Made by a program: the position numbers and the translations under genes
Part shown: positions 46,987-56,891 of the stretch, piece after piece
How the letters are laid out: each line of letters begins with the position of its first letter
Numbering within the stretch: position 1 is the first letter of the stretch
Origin: Longimicrobiales bacterium
Lineage (GTDB): Bacteria; Gemmatimonadota; Gemmatimonadetes; Longimicrobiales; Gaopeijiaceae
NCBI GenBank assembly: GCA_965226375.1
Contig: CBDDCX010000008.1
Span: 928,001 to 992,000 of the forward strand
Length of the DNA stretch: 64,000 nucleotides
Reading direction: 5' to 3'
Notes under the pieces: model-generated
Told to the model about the DNA's origin: nothing
What the model saw: only the letters and a program-made list of their open reading frames with translations
Database searches by the model: none

Positions 46987-48886
46987 GTGGGCCCGGCATG
47001 GGCGATGACTTGGAGGTGAAAGTCCTCCCGGAACCTGGTCGCAGGGACCGAAGGGAAGCGCAAGGCGTTCGTCGTGAGGCGTACGCTGAACGAAGCGTGA
47101 AACGAACCCGTGAGTCGACGAACAGGAACCGGATACGAGGCGCTGCGGACCGGGGCGAGCGGACCACTGACCGCGAAGCTCCTGCGACCAAGGGGAAGCG
47201 GCGTAGATCCGGCGATTGTGCGGGGAAGGTCATCGTTCTTACCCGGGGAGGTCTCGCCTGACGCCTGAAAGGGCGACGCCGGCATTGCGCTGTTGGGCCT
47301 GCCGGCGGAGCGAGAAGTCAGCAGAGGCCATAGTAGGCCGACGAAGTGCATGATGCGCTTGGACCCAGCTTTGTCGGACGAAGGGCCGAACGGAGAGGAG
47401 AGTGTGACGACCGTGGATCTCGAGAAGGCCATGCGCCAGGAGTCCAGGCAACTGGAGCTCCCGCTGGAGGATAGGGGTGAAGCCCCGAAGGTAGAGGGGA
47501 GTGGCGAAGCCGGAACGGTGGCCCATGGAGACGAGCGCTCAGGAAGCGAGCATCTCCTGATGGAGGAGGTGGTCGGGCGTGCCAACCTCGTAGGAGCGTT
47601 GAAACGCGTGCGGCAGAATAAGGGCAGTCCGGGCATCGACGGGATGAGCGTGGAGGAGCTGCCAGAGTACTTGCGCAGGCACTGGGGGGAGATCCGACAG
47701 CGGTTGCTGGCGGGGACCTACCAACCGAAGCCGGTACGAAGGCAGGAGATACCGAAGAGTGGGGGAGGGGTCCGGGAGTTGGGGATTCCGACCGTGCTGG
47801 ACCGGTTCATCCAACAAGCCATCCTGCAGGTGCTGCAACCGAGGTTCGACCCGACGTTCAGTCGGCACAGCCACGGCTTCCGGCCTGGGCGCCGAGCACA
47901 CGATGCGGTGCGCGAAGCGCAGCAATACATCCAGGAAGGGAGACGATGGGTGGTGGATGTGGACCTGGAGAAGTTTTTCGACCGGGTGAACCACGACGTG
48001 CTGATGGGGCGGCTGGCAAAGCGGATCGAGGATAAGGCGATGCTGCGGATCCTCCGTCGCTACCTGGAAGCCGGAGTCATGGCGAACGGGGTGGTGATGG
48101 AGCGGCACATGGGGACGCCTCAGGGCGGACCGTTGTCGCCGTTGCTGGCGAACGTGCTCCTGGACGAAGTGGACAAGGAGTTGGAGCTACGCGGACACGC
48201 GTTTGTCCGGTACGCCGATGACTGCAATGTATACGTGCGGTCGAGGCGGGCAGGACAACGTGTGATGCAGGCGCTGAGGCACTTGTACGGGAAACTTCGG
48301 CTTCAGGTCAACGAGGAAAAGAGCGCGGTGGCGCGAGTGTGGGATCGACAGTTCCTGGGCTACAGCTTCTGGGTAGCGGCAGGGAAGGTCGTGAAGCGCC
48401 GGGTCAGCAAGAAGGCCCTGACGAAGTTCAAGGAGCGAGTCCGGCAGATTACAAGCCGGAGTGGCGGGCGGAGCCTGCAACAGGTGGCGGAAGAGCTACG
48501 GCGCTACGTGCTGGGGTGGAAGGCATACTTCGGCTTAGCGGATACACCGGGGGTTTTCCGAGACCTGGACCAATGGATCCACCGCCGGCTGCGTACGTTG
48601 CAATTACGCCAGTGGAAACGGGGAAGGACAGCGTACCGGGAGTTGAGGGCTCGCGGTGTGAGCGAGAACCTCGCCTGGCGAGCTGCTCGGTTCGCGCGAA
48701 GCTGGTGGCACGTGGCCGCGCACCACGCCCTGCACACGGCCTTGCCAGGGGCGTACTTCGACGAGCTGGGTGTGCCCCGGCTCACGCCGTACTGACCTCA
48801 ACTCACCGAACCGCCAGGTGCGGACCCGCATGCCTGGTGGTGTGGGAGGGGAAGGACCGGGATCGCCGGTCCTCCCCTATCCCGAT
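46987..48886 (+). mobile_element. Group II intron, class IIC
   Basis: 5' end GTGGGCCCGGCATGGGCG; domain V ACCGCCAGGTGCGGACCCGCATGCCTGGTGGT (48810-48841, CGC triad); domain VI ending CCTATCCCGAT; inserted directly after a terminator. Confidence 0.92.
47293..48795 (+). CDS. ltrA: Group II intron reverse transcriptase/maturase (no endonuclease domain)
   Basis: RELGIPTVLDR, DLEKFFD, GTPQGGPLSP, YADD; true start is probably further downstream (e.g. ATG ~47430 or ~47560). Confidence 0.95.
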   Translation: MGLPAEREVSRGHSRPTKCMMRLDPALSDEGPNGEESVTTVDLEKAMRQESRQLELPLEDRGEAPKVEGSGEAGTVAHGDERSGSEHLLMEEVVGRANLVGALKRVRQNKGSPGIDGMSVEELPEYLRRHWGEIRQRLLAGTYQPKPVRRQEIPKSGGGVRELGIPTVLDRFIQQAILQVLQPRFDPTFSRHSHGFRPGRRAHDAVREAQQYIQEGRRWVVDVDLEKFFDRVNHDVLMGRLAKRIEDKAMLRILRRYLEAGVMANGVVMERHMGTPQGGPLSPLLANVLLDEVDKELELRGHAFVRYADDCNVYVRSRRAGQRVMQALRHLYGKLRLQVNEEKSAVARVWDRQFLGYSFWVAAGKVVKRRVSKKALTKFKERVRQITSRSGGRSLQQVAEELRRYVLGWKAYFGLADTPGVFRDLDQWIHRRLRTLQLRQWKRGRTAYRELRARGVSENLAWRAARFARSWWHVAAHHALHTALPGAYFDELGVPRLTPY

Positions 48887-49046
48887 CATCCAACCGAGAG
48901 AGACAGGGCCAAAGTAGACGGCCCAGACGTCGTGGTCGATCTCTTCGAGGCCGATGTAATCTCCGCCGAGCAGGTGAGAGACGTTGATCCAGCGTGAGTG
49001 CCATCGGATTCCTCCGTTCGTTGAGACTTTGCGGACTTCGAAGTGA
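48887..49046 (-). pseudogene. IS481-like transposase C-terminal fragment
   Basis: HFEVRKVSTNGGIRWHSRWINVS...VYFGPVSLGWM, paralogous to the 49400-50077 fragment; ends at the intron 3' boundary. Confidence 0.75.
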
Positions 49047-49067
49047 GCAGCGAGCGGGGCCTTCTCA

Positions 49068-49343
49068 GTGTGGGTCCTGTTGTCACTCCGCTCTTTGGGC
49101 CGGCCGGCCCTAACGAGGACTTGGGTCCAGCGGCTCATCATTCTACCGACCGTTTTTCTGACGCTGACGAGCCTCGTGGTGCTGCTCGTCGTCAATGTGA
49201 TGCTAGCTCGTCCGGCGATCTATCTAACTGCGCTGTTACTCCTTCTCTTCCAGTCTGGGCACACCTTCTGCCACATCGTGTTCTCCTTCCTCCCGCGAGT
49301 TCGAGTCGACGGTCATTCCGGAGAAGGCGACGTCGAGCGGTGA
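49068..49343 (+). CDS. Hypothetical membrane protein, probably a 5'-truncated remnant
   Basis: Two hydrophobic segments; no clear RBS; sandwiched between IS fragments. Confidence 0.3.
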   Translation: MWVLLSLRSLGRPALTRTWVQRLIILPTVFLTLTSLVVLLVVNVMLARPAIYLTALLLLLFQSGHTFCHIVFSFLPRVRVDGHSGEGDVER

Positions 49344-49355
49344 GCATGGCGAGCG

Positions 49356-50077
49356 TGAACAGCGCACCTGATGGTTAACACAAGTGTGCCAGCTGATGGT
49401 TAACAGATTGGGTTACGTCCTGTGTTACCGTGGGTGTCGAAAATGACGAAGAGTTCTTCGTCAAACCACCCGAGGGTAGTGGGACCGAAGTAGACCTGCC
49501 ACAGAGCGGGGCCGATGGGTTCGAGCCCGATGAACTCGTTGCCCAGAGCCGAACTGATGTTGATCCAACGCGAGTGCCAGCGGATGGCTCCGTTTGTAGA
49601 GACCTTACGGACCTCGAAGTGCTCAGGGTACTCGATGGGCGGAAGGACGTCGGGGTAGGCTCTAAGAGCCGATCGGTAGACGGAATGGGGAGTAGCGTCG
49701 TCGAGCGCCTCGTGGGGGCGGATGTGATTGAATGTGTGGCGGAAGTCGTTGAAGTGGCGCTGCTGGGCACTGAGGTTGGCCTTGGGCGGGCGAGTGGCTT
49801 CACGCTTGAGGGTCCTGTGCATGCGTTCGTGTCGGCCGTTCTGCTGCGGCTTACCCGGCTCGATGGTCTCAGGACGGATACCGAGGCGGATCCACCAGGC
49901 ACTCAGGCGTGTGAGGCGAGCGAGGCCGATGGAAGCGAAGGGCGTACCATTGTCGGAGCGGATGACGGCGGGCAGACCGAACTCGCGGAAAGTCCTGATG
50001 AACACAGGCTTGGCGAGCTCGATCGACGTGGAATACAGCCCTGTGCACTCGAGCAGGAACCGGCTGAAGCCGTCCTC
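49356..50077 (-). mobile_element. Truncated IS481-family element (3' half of transposase plus one end)
   Basis: rve core IRSDNGTPF...PQQNGRHERMHRTLK, FNHIRPHEAL; end has a CTGATGGTTAACA direct repeat at 49368 and 49393; N-terminus missing. Confidence 0.85.
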
Positions 50078-50084
50078 TAGCTCG

Positions 50085-50147
50085 CGCGCTTCGCTTGCGG
50101 TCACCATCTTAGCCGCGCAGCAGAATCGCAATCCGTTAAGCGGCTGC
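50085..50147 (+). other. attC site, 3' half (integron recombination site remnant)
   Basis: GCAGCAGAATCGC (L') followed by GTTAAGC (R', GTTRRRY) at 50135-50141. Confidence 0.65.
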
Positions 50148-50175
50148 TACAACCGGCCTGGAGGAGCAGGGCTTC

Positions 50176-50457
50176 ATGAAGGCGATTTGGAACGGTGAGG
50201 TGATTGCTGAAGCCGATGACACGGTGATCGTCGAAGGCAATCACTATTTTCCAAACAGCTCGCTGCGTGGCGAGTTCTTTTCGGCGAGTCCAAAGAGGTC
50301 GACGTGCCCCTGGAAGGGCACCGCTTCCTACTACGATGTCGAAGTCGCCGGTCACCGAAACGAAGGGGCTGCGTGGTACTACCCAACACCGAAGCCAGCT
50401 GCCGAAGCGATCGCGGGTCGTGTCGCCTTCTGGCGTGGCGTCGAAGTCACCGAATAG
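50176..50457 (+). CDS. DUF427 domain protein (gene cassette)
   Basis: MKAIWNGEVIAE, EGNHYFP, CPWKGTASYY, AAWYYP; RBS GGAGG. Confidence 0.9.
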   Translation: MKAIWNGEVIAEADDTVIVEGNHYFPNSSLRGEFFSASPKRSTCPWKGTASYYDVEVAGHRNEGAAWYYPTPKPAAEAIAGRVAFWRGVEVTE

Positions 50458-50482
50458 CTGGGTCGTGAGAGACCGCGCGGCG

Positions 50483-50546
50483 GCAGCCGCCGAACAAGCG
50501 ATTGCTGCAGTCGGGGTAGACATCCCGCTCTCGCGCTTCGCTTGCG
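50483..50546 (+). other. attC site, 5' half
   Basis: GCCGAAC (R''-like) then AAGCGATTGCTGC (L''); shares CGCGCTTCGCTTGCG with the upstream remnant; 3' arm absent. Confidence 0.6.
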
Positions 50547-50648
50547 TTGAGCCTTGGCCTGGAGCCGATCGATGAGGGAGATTGTCGCGTTGGGCATCCT
50601 ACTCGGAGCGGAACCTGTCAACGACAATGGGACACTCTACGGGATTAA

Positions 50649-51656
50649 TTAGAGAGCAATGTCCTGTGTGGTGAGGGAAGGGATGGGAGGATTGATGAAG
50701 ACGGCCTCCGGGAGCGGTTTGGGCTTCGGCACACCTCTGACGAAGCGTTCGGGATGAGCGGCCCATGCTTCGCGGAGCACGGATTTCCTGCCGGCAATGA
50801 CCTGATCGGCGTTCCCGAAGTGGACCTGCTCGGGGGTTAGCATCGAGATGCCGCCATGGCGGTGCTCGGCATTGTACCAGCGGAAGAACGATCGACAGAA
50901 CGTCTTGGCTTGGCCCTGATCCCCGAACCGTCCGGGAAACGAGGGATGGTACTTCAAGGTTTTGAACTGAGCCTCGGAAAACGGGTTGTCATCCGACACC
51001 TGAGGCCGGCTCAACGAGCGGGTCACGCCGAGGTCAGCGAGAAGTTGAGCGGTGCATTGGCTCGTCATTGGAGCTCCCCGATCCGAGTGCAGGGTCAGGA
51101 CCCGGGGCTGGACGCCATGCTTCAGGCAGCTCTGCTGGATCAACCGGCCGGCCAGGGCCGAGTTCTCCCGGTCCGCCACCATCCAGCCCACGACGTAGCG
51201 GCTGTAGATGTCCATGATGACGTAGAGGTAGTAATAGCTCCACTTCTTCGGCCCGAGCAGCCGCGTGATATCCCAGGACCACACCTGGTTCGGCGCCGTG
51301 GCCATCAACTCGGGCTTCTTGTACTCGGGATGGGTGCGCTGCGCCCGGCGTTCCTGAACCGGCACCTCGGAGGCCAGAACACGATACATCGTGCGTTCGC
51401 TGCACAGGTAGACCTCTTCGTCGAGCAGCGTGGCCACCACCTCGGCGGGTGAGCGGTCCACGAACCGCTCCGAACACAGCGTGTCGAAGACCTCGCCTCG
51501 TTCCGTCTCGCTCAATGCCCGGGCGGGCGTCGGGCGGGGCTGCTGTTGCCCGGTTGATGGGCCTCGACGACGGTACAACGTCGATCGGGAGACCTCGAGG
51601 GCCGCGCACGCCGGTTTTACACCGACGTGCTTAGCCAGCTCATCGGCCGCCTTCAA
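50649..51656 (-). CDS. IS3-family transposase OrfB (DDE integrase core)
   Basis: PNQVWSWDIT, LHSDRG, DNPFSEAQFKTLK, WYNAEHRH; TTG start overlaps the orfA stop. Confidence 0.92.
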   Translation of the reverse strand: MKAADELAKHVGVKPACAALEVSRSTLYRRRGPSTGQQQPRPTPARALSETERGEVFDTLCSERFVDRSPAEVVATLLDEEVYLCSERTMYRVLASEVPVQERRAQRTHPEYKKPELMATAPNQVWSWDITRLLGPKKWSYYYLYVIMDIYSRYVVGWMVADRENSALAGRLIQQSCLKHGVQPRVLTLHSDRGAPMTSQCTAQLLADLGVTRSLSRPQVSDDNPFSEAQFKTLKYHPSFPGRFGDQGQAKTFCRSFFRWYNAEHRHGGISMLTPEQVHFGNADQVIAGRKSVLREAWAAHPERFVRGVPKPKPLPEAVFINPPIPSLTTQDIAL

Positions 51657-52102
51657 GAGTTTGTCCCGTCGTCGAGGCTTATCCCCAGCAGCCCCGCAAC
51701 TTTTCCCTGCACGTCGATGATCAGGTGTGCCTTCCTGAGCTCATTCCCGAGCCGTGCGTTTCGCCGCTCCAGCTTGCGTACCTTCTCATCCAGCGGATTT
51801 CGCTCCGGCTTGCGGCCGCGTTTCTTCGACAGGGCCTTCAGCGACCCGCTATGCGCCGCCTTGCGCCACGTCGTCAGGTGCGACGAGTACAGGCCCTCTC
51901 GCCGCAGGACTTGACCCACCTCGCCGGGCTCGGTGCACCGGTCCGCTTCTTCGACGATCCGCAGCTTGTACGACGGACTGAACCGCCGCCGTAGCGGCCT
52001 ATCTACTACCTCCGGGTCCGCAGGAGCTGCCGCGCTTCGCTTGGCCTCCCCGGTTCCAGGGGCACTACCATTCTCTGCCATTCTCTCTCGCAGTCCCAAC
52101 AT
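51653..52102 (-). CDS. IS transposase OrfA (HTH)
   Basis: RRRFSPSYKLRIVEE...LRREGLYSSHLTTWR plus leucine-zipper-like tail; start may be 52081. Confidence 0.88.
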   Translation of the reverse strand: MLGLRERMAENGSAPGTGEAKRSAAAPADPEVVDRPLRRRFSPSYKLRIVEEADRCTEPGEVGQVLRREGLYSSHLTTWRKAAHSGSLKALSKKRGRKPERNPLDEKVRKLERRNARLGNELRKAHLIIDVQGKVAGLLGISLDDGTNS

Positions 52103-52748
52103 GTTCGTTTTCTCTGCCTTCGCCCTACTCTAATTCTTTGCGTGCTCCGTGTCTCACGTACGTTGGCAGAGAGGGAAGCTCTCGGCTGTGGTGACATTGA
52201 GGAAGCGAGCGAGCCTCCCTCGGACGGTGTCGAGAACGAGGTGGAGCGATTCCTGGACTCCTATCGTCTCGCGGTTGAGACTCGTGATGGTCCACTGCTT
52301 CGAACCATGTACGTCGATGACGGCCGCTTCGAGTGGATCGAGGATGGCGAGGTCCGTTATCGCTCGCCCAACGAGGTGCTAGCTGCGCTCGCCACACTCC
52401 CGAACGACGCCGTAATGCGGACAGAGTACACGGGCGTTGAGGTGGTTCCGGTCGGCGATACCGGCGCCCGGGTCACGTTCCAGTTCCAAACCGTGTTTGG
52501 GCAGGGCCCGTCAGTCTTCGAGTTCGGCGGCATGAGTTCCCTCGTGGTAGAAAAGACCCCGACCGGCTGGCGCATCGTGGGCGGCCACACATCCTCCTCA
52601 GGACCCGGCGGCCGCTGAGTGACTGCTGCCTGAGAGAATGCGGTTCGCATGGGTTGGCCGAAATGGTCAGGTTGCAGAGCGGTCAACTCGTTGGGGAGGG
52701 ACTCTCTCTTGGGAACCCCCAAAATCGGCCAACACGATCAGTGCGAGA

Positions 52749-53117
52749 TCATCCACCCCCGGCCACGAAGACCAGCCAGACGGAACCGGGACGGGCAGCT
52801 AAGCGCACAGACGTCGAGAAGCCTTCAACCTCGTAGAGCTTCGTGCCTGCCGGCAGGGTATTCGAGTCGCCGTCTTCAAAGGGTCGAATTTGTTCACCAG
52901 GGGTATCCTGGCAGTCCACCAGCCGGGCCACTTCGGCCACGATGTTGGTTGGGGCCGGAGCGCCCGAGGGGAGTGGTTCCGGTGACAGGCTATAGGTGAC
53001 GCTGCCGATCCGCAGCGTTCCCTCGCACCCGCCGGATAACTCAGGGTCAAGCACCGCCTCACCACACGCGGTGGCCAAGACACTGACCACCGCCAAGAAA
53101 AGGATTCGACTCTTCAT
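52749..53117 (-). CDS. Hypothetical lipoprotein
   Basis: MKSRILFLAVVSVLATAC signal peptide with lipobox. Confidence 0.65.
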   Translation of the reverse strand: MKSRILFLAVVSVLATACGEAVLDPELSGGCEGTLRIGSVTYSLSPEPLPSGAPAPTNIVAEVARLVDCQDTPGEQIRPFEDGDSNTLPAGTKLYEVEGFSTSVRLAARPGSVWLVFVAGGG

Positions 53118-53342
53118 GTCCCCAGCCCTTCACGAGAGATGCTCTAGGAGCCGACGGGAGATCGAGGGCTCTAGAATGAACGATCTGGGGTCGGGGTCTG
53201 TGACAGACCGCCGTCGTAGGCCGCATCAAATCCTTGCTTGTACGGTCGAAGCCGACATAATATCCGCAGGTTCCCAGCTCTCCAGAGGAGTGATCCCCTG
53301 TTGGATGTTTCCGAACAGGGTCAGGACAGAGGGAGGTTAGAA

Positions 53343-53507
53343 ATGAGCTGTTTTCTCTGTGCGGAGATGGGGGTAGCGGTTTGTTCACACTGCGGCGTTG
53401 CCCTCTGCAAGAAGCATTTGGCGGAGAGACAACGGCATCAGGTGGGAGGGATGACTTACGGGTGTCCGCACACGGTCCCATCAGCCCGTCCTCAGGCTCC
53501 CAGCTAA
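53343..53507 (+). CDS. Small Cys/His-rich putative zinc-binding protein (DUF2180-like)
   Basis: RBS GGAGG; CFLC...AVCSHCGVALCKKH...CPH. Confidence 0.6.
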   Translation: MSCFLCAEMGVAVCSHCGVALCKKHLAERQRHQVGGMTYGCPHTVPSARPQAPS

Positions 53508-53723
53508 GACACGAACGGTGGTTTCTCTTTGGGCAGTGCTGTTGTCGATCATGAAGCTGTGGGGCTCAGTGGGAATCAAGTGCATGAGAGGCGACACTAC
53601 TTTGCCTCATGATCTTGTCCGTTTCGCCAGTGACTTGGCCTCCTTTGACGTTGCTCCGGCCATCACCACTTTCCAAGGATCCATGGTCACGGTATACAGA
53701 ACAGGTTGAATAAAATCTCGTAA

Positions 53724-55973
<2,250 letters not shown>

Positions 55974-56099
55974 GGTCGTTGAGATCATTGGTAGGTGAAC
56001 CCCCGGGTTAGTGAGGCCGTGTCCCCGCGCATCCTATAGTAGGGACGAATCCGGGCGCCTTGAAGCTGAGGTCACGCCATCACCTCGAAGGGGAACTCG

Positions 56100-56867
56100 A
56101 TGAGACTCGAAGGCAAAGTGGCCATCGTGACGGGGGGAGGTGCGGGAATCGGCAAGGCAATTGCCCTCCGCCTCGCGGAGGAGGGAGCCGACGTCGCCAT
56201 CGGTGATGTCGACGAGACCGCCGCACGGGCCGTCGCTGGCCAGATCGAGGCGCTCGGCCGCCGGGTGGCAGTGCTGCGAACGGACGTCACTCGGAAACCG
56301 GAGATCGAGGCGCTGGTCGACAGAGCGCGGCAGTTTGGTCCCATCGACATCCTGATCAACAACGCGGGCGTCGAGGAGATAACGCCGCTGCTCGAGATTC
56401 CTGAGGCCGAGTGGGATCGCACGCTCGACACCAATCTCAAGGGCGTATTTCTGTGCAGTCAGGTCGTGGCGCGTCACATGATCGCCGACGGCCGAGGCGG
56501 GAAGATGGTGAACCTCGGCTCCATAGCCGGCCTTATGCCACCGAGAAAGGTGCCGCACTACGCCTCATCCAAGGGAGCCGTGCACACGCTGACGAAGCAG
56601 CTGGCTCTGGAGTTGGCTCCGCACAACATTACCGTGAATGCAGTCGCCCCCGGCGTGATACGCAACGGGCTCAGCACCCATCATTCCCTGGCCGATCCGG
56701 AGCGAGCTGAACGGATAGCACGCGGTATCCCGCTGGGGAGGGTCGGATCCCCCCAGGACATCTCGCACGCCGTGCTGTTCCTGGTATCTGAGGAGGCGGA
56801 CTACATCACGGGCGTGGTGCTGCCCGTTGACGGCGGGTTTTTGCTGGGCGGTCTGCAGACTGGGTGA
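56100..56867 (+). CDS. SDR family oxidoreductase
   Basis: TGGGAGIG, NNAG, YASSK, VDGG. Confidence 0.93.
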   Translation: MRLEGKVAIVTGGGAGIGKAIALRLAEEGADVAIGDVDETAARAVAGQIEALGRRVAVLRTDVTRKPEIEALVDRARQFGPIDILINNAGVEEITPLLEIPEAEWDRTLDTNLKGVFLCSQVVARHMIADGRGGKMVNLGSIAGLMPPRKVPHYASSKGAVHTLTKQLALELAPHNITVNAVAPGVIRNGLSTHHSLADPERAERIARGIPLGRVGSPQDISHAVLFLVSEEADYITGVVLPVDGGFLLGGLQTG

Positions 56868-56891
56868 GGCGCCAGCTCCCTTCGGAGTGCG

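Larger units (their letters stand above)
50610..52176 (-). mobile_element. IS3-like insertion sequence (two ORFs)
   Basis: Sub-terminal imperfect inverted repeats 50616-50635 and 52149-52168 (14/20 match); 3-bp AGC duplication at 50607-50609 and 52177-52179. Confidence 0.9.
50572..52618 (+). pseudogene. NTF2/SnoaL-like lipoprotein gene interrupted by an IS
   Basis: Removing 50610-52176 and one AGC copy gives in-frame MREIVALGILLGALGCGDIEE...WRIVGGHTS; RBS GGAG at 50561. Confidence 0.85.

Noticed and set aside
47293..48795. Retron, DGR or defence-associated RT
   Set aside because: It has a maturase domain, and intron domains V/VI directly follow the stop; no template/variable repeat pair or msr-msd is seen
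52031..52043. 13-nt match (CGCGCTTCGCTTG) between IS orfA and the attC remnants
   Set aside because: GC-rich short match inside coding sequence and ~65 bp from the insertion point; chance cannot be excluded
52619..52700. Further attC site after the SnoaL-like gene
   Set aside because: No R'' box near the stop and no paired L boxes
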